A DNA stretch of 64,000 nt, taken from Mobula hypostoma (Eukaryota). The stretch is from contig NC_086097.1 in the NCBI RefSeq assembly GCF_963921235.1, forward strand, positions 221,838,001 through 221,902,000, in the 5' to 3' direction. Both the position numbers and the translations under genes were made by a program. Shown here in pieces: positions 51,814 through 63,104 of the stretch (positions are counted from its first letter, which is position 1; the number at the start of each line of letters is the position of its first letter). The notes below the pieces were generated by a model that was not told where the DNA came from, did no database searches, and saw only the letters and a list, made by a program, of their open reading frames with translations.

Positions 51814-53119
51814 TCCTGGACCTTGCTACTTTCTCACTGAAACCAATATCTCTAGAGTTTCACCTGTCCATTCTTGATGACATGACAAAGAAATTGCCAT
51901 AGAAAACACAAACTCATTATATCACTAGCCATATATAAGAAACTTGATCTGAGGTAGCAATGCAAATGCAAAGAATGATCAATTTCTTATGACTCTGGCA
52001 TTAACTCAATGTATTATCTACATAAGAATAGTCTTTATTGTAGCTTTAACTTAACTCTTGGTCTAAGCCACAAATAATTGCAGATCCTTCTCCCACGATT
52101 ATATGTTGGAGCAGAAGAACTGAAACCGCATCACTAGCAAGATGGGATAGTAGAAAAAAGCAAGAATTTAGGCTCTGGGACAAATTGAAGGTATAGTCAC
52201 GGTGCTGAATAGATTGGTCACAGGAGATTTATCATCAGATCCAAAACTGCCACACCTGACAGATTTGTCTTGGCCCTTGAGGGTTGAGAGAAAACAAATT
52301 TCTCACACTGAATTTTAATATGCATTAACTTAACAAGGAAATAACTGATAAAATGATTAATATTCATCTGGTAAACAAACAGTAATTATAACAAAAGAGT
52401 ATGTCACTTTGGAAGTCAAATGTAATCTTTCAGTTTCTACACTGAAGATTTTATATTCATATGTCTGGATGATATTGGTTATGGGAAACCAGAGAATAGC
52501 AGAATCATCAAAGGGTGATTTATTGCCCTTTAAAGTCAGTGCATGACAATCACTTTCATGAACAATGCTGTGAGTCTGTCACTGCTTTCTGTCCCAGTGT
52601 TTCTTCTCATCTGTATGTCTTAGCCCACTAACCTTATATCATGGTTCAAGAGAGTCTGTGTGAAGGACATATCATTGACACATATTTGTGATTCCTAGCT
52701 TTCTGAATCATATTCTGAGTTTAACTTTATATGTAATAATTTGCTTGCTGCTTGTGCATGTATATACTGTATGCATATGTAAATACAAACACTGCAGATG
52801 GTGGAAATCTGGAGTGAATCTGAATACTCTGAAATACTCAGCAGGTCAGAAAACACTGGTGAAAGAGAAAGAGAACCATATCCTTTATCAGAATGGGGAA
52901 GGAGGGAAATCAAGTTGGATTAAGTAGTAGAGGAACTGGGGGGAGGGGGGTGGATCGAATAAAGGGACTATCTCTGTTAGGGTAAGACCAAAAATATTTA
53001 GTATAACAGTAGCAGTTATGATCAGATTATGCTTCTTTGTCCATGTAATGTGTTGCTAAAAGCAAGCCTGTGGGACAGGCACAGCAGTCCTGACAATAGA
53101 AACAGAAAAACGAGCTGGT

Positions 53120-53238
53120 GAGTCCTGATGAAGGGTCTCTGCCCAAAACATTAAGCCATTGCCTGACGGCTGAGTTCCACCAGCATTTTGCAAGTGTTAC
53201 TCTGAACTTCCAGCATCTGCAGAATCTCTTGTGTTTGT
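53120..53238 (+). mobile_element. Solo Penelope terminal repeat
   Basis: GAGTCCTGATGAAGGGTCTCTGCCCAAAAC..CTGAGTTCCACCAGCATTTTG..CCAGCATCTGCAGAA. Confidence 0.7.
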
Positions 53239-53254
53239 GGAGGAACAACAGCAC

Positions 53255-53535
53255 ATCAAGTTCAAGTTCAGGTTTATTGTCTTTCGACTGTATACATGTA
53301 TGCTGCAAGAAATGAAGCAACATTCCTCCAGACCAAGGTACAGAACACACTACATATGACTCACACACAACACATAAAGTAATATTACAGTGAATAAATT
53401 AACAGATTATAACATATATTTCAGAATATTGATATTTACCATAATGTGTATTTATAACACAAATTAAAAAGTAAAAGGCATAACGCTACTTAAGCTTTCA
53501 TATGTAATGAGATCTGGGTGGTGGCAGGGTATTCA
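53255..53535 (-). mobile_element. Rex1-like 3'UTR fragment
   Basis: TCAAGTTCAAGTTCAGGTTTATTGTC start on plus strand, similar to 5873 and 10308. Confidence 0.55.
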
Positions 53536-53539
53536 AGGG

Positions 53540-55790
53540 AGGTCAGGAACTGGTATGTCGGAATGGGAGTGGGAATTGGAATTAAGATGTTTGGCCTCCA
53601 GGAATTTCTGTTTATGGTGGATTGAGCAGAGGTTCTCGACAAAGCAGTCCCCCAATACAGAGGATGTCACGTTGGGAGCACTGGACACAATAGATCACCC
53701 CAGCAGATTTGCAGGGAAAGTGTTGCCTCATCTGGAAGGACAGTTGGGGGCCCTGAAAGGAGGTGAGGGAGGTGGCGTATGGGCAGGTGTGGCACTTTGG
53801 CCACTTGCAGGGAGAAGTGTCAGGAGGGAGACTAGTGGGAAGGGATGAATGGACAAGGAAATCAAGGAGGAAGCAATCCCTGCGGAAAGCAGAGTCTGAG
53901 GAGCTGGGGATGGAGATAAAGATATATTTGGTGGTAGGATCCCTTTGGAAATAGCGAAAGTTGCGGAGAAAGATGTGTTGGGTGCAGAGGCTCATGAAGT
54001 GGTAGGTAAGGACAAGAGGAACTCTATCACTGATAAGACAGTAAGAAGATGGGGTGAGTATGGATATTTGGGAAATTGAGGAGATGCAGGTGAGGGCAGC
54101 ATCAATAGTGGAGGAAGGGAAACCCCATTCTTTGAGGAAGGAGGACATCCCTGATGTCCTGTAAAGGAAAGTCGTATCCTGGGAACAGGTACGACAGAGG
54201 CAAAGGAAATGAGAAAAGGGAATAGCATTTTTACAGGAGACAGGATGGGAAAAGGTAAAGTCAAGGTAACTGTGGGAATCGGTAGGATTATAAAAGATGT
54301 CAATCTCCAGAGATGGAGACAGAGAAACGGAGAAAGCGGAGGAAGGTATCAGAAATGGACTAAGTGAATTTAAGGATAGGGTGGAAGTTAGATGAAAAGT
54401 TAATGAAATTGATGAGCTCAGCATGGGTACATGAAGCAACACCAATGAAGTTGTCAATGTCGTGGAGGAAGAGTTGGGGAGCATTACCAGGGAAGGCCTG
54501 GACATGGACTGTTCTACAAACGTTTGTATGTAGCCAATGAAAAGGTGGGCATAGCTGGGCACCATGCAGGTGCCCATGGCTATCCCGTGAGTCTGAAGAA
54601 AGTGTGAGAAGCCGAAGGGGAAATTGTTGAGGGTGAGGACCAGTTCTGTTGGATGAAGGAGTGTGGTGGTGCAGGGGGAGCTAGTTTTTTTATTGAGAAC
54701 ATAAGCAGAGAGCTTTATGGTCTTCTTGATGGGTGACAGAAGTGTATAGGGATGATATCCATGGTGAAGATGAGACAATCAGGGCCAGGGAATGGAAAAT
54801 ACTGAAGAGATCAAGCACGTGAGAAATGTTGTGGATGTAGGGAAAGGAACTGAACCAAAGGAGATAGAATGGAGTCAAGGTATGAGGACTTGAGTTGTGG
54901 CACAGGAGTAGGCAGAGGTATAATGGGCCTACCTGAACAAGTCAGAGTTTGTGGATCTTGGGTTGGAGGTAGAAACGAGCAGTGTGGGATAATGGAACTA
55001 TGAGTTTGGTGGCAATGGATGAGAGTTCTCCAGAGTAAGTGAGGTCAGTGATGATGTCAAAGACTATCTACTGATAATGTGGAGTGGAGTCCTCTTCAAT
55101 GGGTGGGTGTGACGAGGTATCTGCCTGGCCTCAGCGAGGTAGAGGTCAATGTGCGACACTACAACAGCATTCCTTTTGTCTGTGGGCTTGATGGGGGAAG
55201 GTTGGGATTGGTGTGGAGAGAGTGGAGGGACGTGTGTTCAGAAGGGGTAAGGTTCGAGAAGTTGGGAGGAGTGCTGAAGTAGAGACGGCTGATGTCTCAT
55301 CAGCAATTTGAGATGAAAAGGTCCAGAGCAGGCAGAGAACCAGAGCGGAGATGTCCGAGAAGAGCAGAGGGTTAGAGACGGGAGAAGGAGCCATTAGTGA
55401 AGGGTGTGGAATCCTTGTCAAAGAAGTGGGCTCAAAGACGGTGGAAATGGATGGAAATCTCAGCGCCAATGTGGGTGCAGAACTTACTGAGGTGCGGGCA
55501 TAGAAGGACAAAGGTAAGGTCTTGGTTGAGGACAGAATGTTCTGCCTCAGAGAGAGGATGGTCAGAGTGAATGGTGAAGACACTGCAAGGATTAAAGGGG
55601 GAAGGGAGGTGGGTTGGGTGTACAGGGAAGGTGGGTTGGGGGTAAACTGGAGGTTCCAAGGACCCCAGAGGTGACAGTGGCGCCTGAGAGACATGGGGTT
55701 GTAAAATGATGGTGAGGAAACGGGAGCCCGCGGGCTCAGCAGCAGCAAGTAAAGCCTCAGCCTGGAGGTGCTTACTGCAGAGCACAGATT
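53540..55790 (-). mobile_element. Penelope-like element, most of the ORF (N-terminal domain, RT, thumb, GIY-YIG), degenerate
   Basis: LSEAEHSVLNQDLTF (N-terminal), LTLNNF..QTHGIAMGT..PSYAHLF (RT), YNPTDSHSYLDF..SHP, PCKWPKCHTC, VIYCVQCS..LCIG. Confidence 0.9.
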
Positions 55791-56149
55791 TCTTTATACC
55801 TTTATTAATAAGAAATCTGGGGAAAATATTTTAGGCTCAAGCAATCCAAATGTTTATTTTAACTGATTGGGGTTTTGCAAACAGAACAGTATCAAATCAC
55901 ATCACAAAATACAGTCAGGAATTCAAACATCAATCCAATTATCAAAATATGGCAAAATACCAACTCCTTTGCAATTAAAGAATATATCAAATATGTTTTC
56001 AATGCTACTACATTTGCAGATTTAAAATCTATACAGGGAATTACGATACAGTTAATTCTATAACCAAATAGAAGGCCAACTCAAGAGTAACAGCAGGAGA
56101 AGAGCAAACACATCCTTTATGTCAATAAAACCACACTTGATAACCTCTA

Positions 56150-56292
56150 GCTTCTTCCCACTTCTTCTCTCGTCCTGATGAACGGTCTCATCTGTTTATT
56201 CCTCTCCATCAATGCTGACCTGCTGAGTTTCTCCAGCACCTTATGTTTGTCGTGCTGGATTCCTAGCATCTGCAGATTCTCTTGTGTGTTTG
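56150..56292 (+). mobile_element. Solo Penelope terminal repeat, partly deleted
   Basis: GTCCTGATGAACGGTCTC..TGCTGAGTTTCTCCAGCA..AGCATCTGCAGATTCT. Confidence 0.65.
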
Positions 56293-56308
56293 GTTTCCTT
56301 TGTTTCAG

Positions 56309-56358
56309 TTGTAAATGTTGAAGCAGACCTCGGTGAAGTACGAGTCTACTATAGGGAG
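56309..56358 (+). CDS. Candidate 50-nt internal exon of an unidentified host gene (xVNVEADLGEVRVYYRE)
   Basis: Acceptor TTTCCTTTGTTTCAG, donor GAG|GTGAGT, one open frame, two retained CpGs, no TE similarity recognised. Confidence 0.35.
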
Positions 56359-56704
56359 GTGAGTATTACCGGGTGTGGGACAAATAATGGTACCACCCTG
56401 CCATCAGTTCATTCAGAGTCGTCAGCTCATGGACTACACATGCTGTTACCCCGGTTAGGTGACTAACAGGATATATGTCTTTGTAGCCCCTATCTGGCTT
56501 GTTGCAGATTTGCTAGTTTCTAGTAAATCTTTCACATCTTTCAGTATTTTCTATATTACTGACAGGATCTCAGGCTATAGGTGCTTATATGTCCAAACCT
56601 TCCGTCTGACCTCCCAGCAACCCCTCTCCTATCCACCTTCCACTGAATCCCAAACTGAGCCAGAAGTCCTGTTCTTCCCAGATTTAACGCAATCAGTGGC
56701 CAAT

Positions 56705-58246
56705 CAGGGGCCTGACGGAATATTCCGCAGGCTACTCTACAAGGCGAGGGAAGAGATTGCTGAGCCTCTGGCTAGGATCTTTATGTCCTTGTTGTCCACG
56801 GGAATGGTACCGGAGGATTGGAGGGAGGCAAATGTTGTCCCCTTGTTTAAAAAAGGTAGTAGGGATAGTCCGGGTAATTATAGAACAGTGAGCCGTACGT
56901 CTGTGGTAGGAAAGCTGTTGGAAAAGATTCTTAGAGATAAGATCTATGGGCATTTAGAGAATCATGGTCTGATCAGGGACAGGCAGCATGGCATTGTGAA
57001 GGGCAGATCGTGTCTAATGAGCCTGATAGAGTTCTTTGAGGAGGTGACCAGGCATATAGATGAGGGTAGTGTAGTGAATGTGATCTATATGGATTTTGGT
57101 AAGGCATTTGACAAGGTTCCACACGGTAGGCTTATTCAGAAAGTCAGAAGGCATGGGATCCAGGGCAGTTTGGCCAGGTGGATTCAGAATTGGCTTGCCT
57201 GCAGAAGGCAGAAGGTCGTGGTGGAGGGAGTACATTCATATTGGAGGATTGTGACTAGTGGTGTCCCACAAGGATCTGTTCTGGGACCTCTACTTTTTGT
57301 GATTTTTATTAACGACCTGGATGTGGGGTAGAAGGGTGGGTTGCAAGTTTGCAGATGACACAAAGGTTGGTGGTGTTTTAGATAGTGTAGAGGATTGTCA
57401 AAGATTGCAAAGAGACATTGATAGGATGCAGAAGTGGGCTGAGAAGTGGCAGATGGAGTTCAACCTGGAGAAGTGTGAGGTGGTACACTTTGGAAGGACA
57501 AACTCCAAGGCAGAGTACAAAATAAATGGCAGGTTACTTGGTAGTGTGGAGGAGCAGAGGGATCTGGGGGTACATGTCCACAGATCCCTGAAAGTTGCCT
57601 CACAGGTAGATAGGGTAGTTAAGAAAGCTTATGGGGTGTTAGCTTTCATAAGTCGAGGGATAGAGTTTAAGAGTCGCGATGTAATGATGCAGCTCTGTAA
57701 AACTCTGGTTAGGCCACACTTGGAGTTCTGTGTCCAGTTCTGGTTGCCTCACTATAGGAAGGATGTGGAAGCATTGGAAAGGGTACAGAGGAGATTTACC
57801 AGGATGCTGCCTGGTTTAGAGAGTATGGATTATGATCAGAGATTAAGGGAGCTAGGGCTTTACTCTTTGGAGAGAAGGAGGATGAGAGGAGACATGATAG
57901 AGGTGTACAAGATAATAAGAGGAATAGATAGAGTGGATAGCCAGCGCCTCTTCCCCAGGGCACCACTGCTCAATACAAGAGGACATGGCTTTAAAGTAAG
58001 GGGTGGAAAGTTCAAGGGGGATATTAGAGGAAGGTTTTTTACTCAGAGAGTGGTTGGTGCGTGGAATGCACTGCCTGAGTCAGTGGTGGAGGCAGATACA
58101 CTAGTGAAGTTTAAGAGACTACTAGACAGGTATATGGAGGAATTTAAGGCGGGGTGTTATATGGGAAGCAGGGTTTGAGGGTCGGCACAATATTGTGGGC
58201 CGAAGGGCCTGTACTGTGCTGTACTACTCTATGTTCTATGTTCTAA
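56705..58246 (+). mobile_element. Young 5'-truncated CR1 LINE
   Basis: [23 protein letters not shown] (ORF 56459..57331), frameshift near 57325, KFADDTK to end (57321..58178); tail CTATGTTCTATGTTCTA. Confidence 0.95.
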
Positions 58247-59901
58247 TTGATTTATCATCCAATCATTAGCCAGAACTGTCTGACTGCTCACTTATCATGT
58301 GCCCAACCACCTAATCCCTTCTGAAACCTTCTCCCCTCCAGAATCCTCTCTGTGATCTATTTCCCACCTTCTGCACCTGAACAACATACAAAGCATGTCT
58401 CCCATTGTAAGGTGTACGGTAATTAGGATAACATTCATGCTACATGGAGGCCATGCACTATATTCTATTATTCCTGCATATATCTGCTGGATTTCTGTGT
58501 GAATGAGTTTAATTATCCCATCCAACCTTAGCTCCACTCAAACATATTGGAACTGAAAGAAAGTACCTTAATATTATTTGGTTCTTCCTCTGTGCTTTCT
58601 ATGTAGAGGCCATAGAGTGGGCCTCCCCTTCTTCTCCCTTTGGAGAGGTGCTATAATTAGTTCCATACTGAGGTCACATGGGTGTTTCGTTTAGGGAAAA
58701 TTAATCTGCACTTTAGAGCCAACATGAAATGAATCCTTTCATCAGCTTGGGAAGTTATCAGTGTCAATAGGGAAAACAGTTCCTTTAATTTCTTAACATT
58801 TATTTTTTTAAGATATGCTATTTATTGTTAAGTTTCCTGTCTTGTAATGTAATTCCAGCCCTGCAATATATCTCTGCTACAACCTACCCACCACCCCACT
58901 TCCTCTCTCCATATACCCACCTCAAAGAGCCCATTCCTTCCTGAAGTCCCACTCATCTAGACTCTCTCACCACTCAGCGGTCCAGGTCTGGTAAGAAGTC
59001 TTGGAACATCCAGGAATGGAGCCATTGAAGGTCAACTGCCGTTGTAGAGCTAAGGAATGTCCCCACTGTCGATGACACAGCCCTGGAATGGCTCCATAGC
59101 AACAGACTGATAAAAGGTCATTGGCAAAGGAAATAGTTGACATGTTGATGATTTGTCAGGTCACTTCCAAATGGGAAGAATGTAACTGCCGACTGCTGTA
59201 TCTGTAAATACCATTTAGGATGTTAGAAGTTCTGGCCCATTGAGGTTTATTGTCAGAATATTAATCTTTTCCTTTAAAAGATCCATAGAATCCGAACAAT
59301 CATAACTTCCTTCTGAAAAATAAATAATGCACAAGATCTGCAATAGTTTTGCAAGGCATGGGAAGTTGAGAACTGGCTCTCGTCTTTATTGGTTTTACAA
59401 AGGACTGACAATAATCATCCCTCTGTATGTGATATCTTATACAGTAGTTGCTGGAAATGTTTTCATTAATACTGAACATCACTGAAGATTTGTCAAAAAA
59501 TTCAGTGTCAATAATTCATTTATAACAAGTAAATATTTAAATAGCAGAGAAAGGAATTTCACACAATTAGGTTAAGACCTCACAGTGACATTTCAGATGC
59601 CAAAGCACAACTGACATTAAAGTATCCATTATTCATTTTGTTGACAGCATAAAGGAATCTCTAGAGTGTCTGTTTTCAGCTGTCTAGTTTGTAGAGGCTC
59701 AATGAATAACGGCAGGATGGTGTTTCCAATTGCAACTTATAATGTTTCGTAAATATTTTCATATATACACATATAGACTTAGTTTAGTAGGACAAAGTAG
59801 TTTGTAATTGGCTACTAAAAATAGACTCAATGATGAATGTTAGATTTATCTCATCAGCTATCATTAGGAAAGGCAAAGTACTAAATGTGTTTCTTTCCCA
59901 G

Positions 59902-59969
59902 ACAACAGAAAGTTAGAAACTAATACTGCTACAGATGACGAAGTTCAAGCTGGCCATTTTACAGAAAAA
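59902..59969 (+). CDS. Weak candidate 68-nt exon (xNRKLETNTATDDEVQAGHFTEK)
   Basis: Acceptor TGTTTCTTTCCCAG, donor AAA|GTATGG, open frame. Confidence 0.2.
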
Positions 59970-60249
59970 GTATGGAATGAATGAAGTGCATCTTGGGCGT
60001 CAGTGTATGAAGTCCACGATTTCATGTTTTCATTGCAAAATATTTATATCACCTTTTAGAACTCAAGAATTAATGAACGTACAAGTCTCTATCCTTGAAA
60101 TGCAATACATACTCACAGAATGAAAATGAAAGATGATGAATATTACATGACAACTGAACTTGTGCTGCTTGAACTCATTAGATGCAATCCTGGTGACTAT
60201 ACAATCCATAACCTTTGTTTTTAACAATGCTGCTATAGGACAATGCATA

Positions 60250-61135
60250 CAATAGCCACTTTATTAGGAACCTCCTTTATCTAATGAAGTGGCTGTTGAG
60301 TGTATAGAACATAGAACATAGAATAGTACAGCACAGTACAGGCCGCCCTTCGGCCCACAATGTTGTGCCGACCCTCAAATCCTGCCTCCCATATAAGCCC
60401 CCACTTTAAATTTCTCCATATACCTGTCTAATACTCTCTTAAACTTCACTAGTGTATCTGCCTCCACCACTGACTCAGGCAGAGCATTCCACGCACCAAC
60501 CACTCTCTTGAGTAAAAAACCTTCCTCTAATATCCCCCTTGAACTTCCCACCCCTTACCTTAAAGCCATGTCCTCTTGTATTGAGCAGTGGTGCCCTGGG
60601 GAAGAGGCGCTGGCTATCCACTCTATCTATTCCTCTTATTGTACACCCCTATCATGTCTCCTCTCATCCTCATTCTCTCCAAAGAGTAAAGCCCTAGCTC
60701 CCTTAAGCTCTGATCATAATGTCTACTCTCTAAACCAGGCAGCATCCTGGTAAATCTCCTCTGTACCCTTTCCAATGCTTATGCTCTTCTGCTGCTGGAG
60801 CCCATCAGCTTCAAGGTTCAAAGTGTTGTGTATTCAGAGATACTCCTGCACACCACTGTTGTAACATGTGGTTAGTTGGGTTACTGCTGCCTTCCTGTCA
60901 GCTTGAACATGCCTGGCCATTCTTCCCAGACCTCCCTCATTAGCACAGGATTTTTGCCCACAGAACTCTAGTGACTGTTGTGTGTGAAAATCCCAGGGGA
61001 TCGGCAGTTTCTGAGATACTCAAACCAAGCTGTCTAGCACCAACAATCCTTCCATGGTCAAAGTCACTTATCATATTTCTTCCCTGTTCTGATGTTTGGC
61101 CTGAACAACAACTGAACCTCTTGACCAGATGCATG
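60250..61135. mobile_element. Tc1-like derivative interrupted by a CR1 3' fragment
   Basis: GCCACTTTATTAGG..TAATGAAGTGGC TIR-like pair; minus ORF ISDFDHGRIVGARQLGLSISETADPLGFSHTTVTRV (Tc1 N-terminal HTH). Confidence 0.8.
60305..60779 (-). mobile_element. CR1 3' fragment, same family as 56705-58246
   Basis: Reverse complement of ~57770-58246 with small indels; TAGAACATAGAACATAG tail. Confidence 0.92.
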
Positions 61136-61779
61136 AGCAGGATTTTGTCAATGTAAGACGCAAGTTAATTCAGACCAGAGGAGTACAAAAGGAGAGCTTG
61201 GCATGCCTCCCTGAAATACACCCTGGAGCATATAGGAATTCTGGACATTGGAAATAACATGCTAATTAAATGATCCCAAATTAAAGAAAAATGATAAATA
61301 CAAATAGTTTAACAATCTCCCCATGATCCTAAATGAGACAGCTGCAAAACAATGTGAAACCCAGAGCTGATGCAAAGACAAATAATTAGACATAAAAGGT
61401 AAACAATCCAAGGACAAAGAATACACATGAGGTGACACCGAGATAAAAAACAGTCCACATACCAACTGACAAGAAAAATCTCTTACTCTGACTGCTTAGT
61501 GGTTGCAAAATTGAAATTGATACAAATAAGTAAAATGGTCAATATAACTTAAAAAATACCTGTTAGCAAACATATATTAGTTGGTACTTTGGTCAACCTA
61601 TTATATAGTATTGAAGATCTATTGGTTTTGAGTTTTAATCTACCATGGTGGTTTGTGCACTTGAATTCATTGAATAAAATAATTACAATTAATTTCATCA
61701 AAAGCCTGAACGATGCATCTTTCCCCATTTGTTCCCTCAGGTGACCCGTAGCACCAAGAAATATTAGAAACTTAGGGCT

Positions 61780-62265
61780 GAAAGGAAGCAGTTCAACTGA
61801 TATTCACCAGGATAATTTCCAAGATGAGAGCTTTGTCCCATCAGGGGAAGCTAAAGAGTTTATGTCTACATTCTTTGGAGTTTATAAGGATGAAGTGTGA
61901 CCCTGTTCAAACATATGAAGTCTTAAGAGGATAGATGTTGAAATGTTTTCATTATATGGAGAGTCAGAATCAAGAGGACATAGTTACAAGATAAGGGACT
62001 GATCACTTCAAACTGAGGTACATGGAAATATTTTTCTCTCAGAAGTTAATGACTCTCTGAAATTATCTAGATTGTAGGGTTTTGTACAGCAGTTGACTAG
62101 ATGTATTTAAGGTGAAGATTGGTAAATATTTGAAAGATTGAGAAATTGAGGGCTTGAGAGAATTTGGATGAAAGGTCAATAGAAGACAGCTGACGTCAGC
62201 CTTTGTCACACTGAATGGCAGTGTAGGCTTGAAAGGCCAAGTGACCTGCTGCTGCTCCTACTTTC
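61780..62265 (+). mobile_element. Old CR1 3' fragment
   Basis: Decayed FTRII, GESESRGHSYKIR and 3'UTR GAAAGGCCAAGTGACCTGCT. Confidence 0.65.
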
Positions 62266-63104
62266 CAATGTTTTTCTGCATTTCTTTATCAACATCCTTT
62301 ATTGGTTCAACTGCTTTTCAGAAATTCCTATGGGAGCAGAGGCAACTGTCTCTCAGGAAATTTATTCCCAATGTTAACAGAGCTTTGAAGATTTTTTTCC
62401 ATCTTTCCCCTTCTGTTTCTTTACTAATTACTAAAATTATGTAACCAACTTGCCAAAAGAAACTCCTCACAAAATTGAATATCTAAACTGGGTCACTTTG
62501 TCTTCCCTAAGAAGAATAATTTCAATTTCTCTAATCTCTTCACTGACATCATCCTGACAAACCTCCTCTAGATTGCATGGAGCCCAAGTCATCCTTCCAG
62601 TGTGGAATGCTGGGATTGTACATGGTGCCCCTGCTGGCACACTGGCAATAATTTGTAAAGGGATGGCTTAACATAGTCTTGCTCTTCAACTTTCCTCTCA
62701 ACTAAGCATTCTTCAATTTTTCTTGCTCCTTCTAAGGTTTTAAGATCTATACCCTCAGACTTACTGGTCTTGCCGTTAGCTATACTGCATATTCAAAATT
62801 CATACATTTTTAAGTGCTTCTCTCTCTGTTTTTTTCCACTGATAGTTCTATTCCATGCATCTACATTAAATTACATCTAAATATTTCATCAGTCCATGCT
62901 CTCTCCTAAAGTCAGTTATCGCCCTAAATACCTACTCCATTACAAATGTTTCAATGTCTCCAAACTTTGAAATTTAAGTATAACAAGAAAACTGTTACTA
63001 TTAGTTTGATTTCAGGATGATCCATTGCATATTTCCATCCCAGAGAAAAAAAATCTTATCAACATCGAGTTCCCAACTCATCACAGTCCCTTTAATCCAA
63101 TATG

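Noticed and set aside
53612..54778. Intact or domesticated Penelope/telomerase-like RT
   Set aside because: The catalytic motif region is frameshifted and degenerate, and the GIY-YIG domain is partly deleted
56459..57331. 290-aa ORF as a novel fusion protein
   Set aside because: The first ~80 codons are flank read-through into a truncated CR1 RT from a non-ATG start
58295..58553. Minus-strand exon behind a TTTCTTTCAG acceptor
   Set aside because: In-frame TGA between the acceptor and the ORF; weak donor; peptide unrecognised
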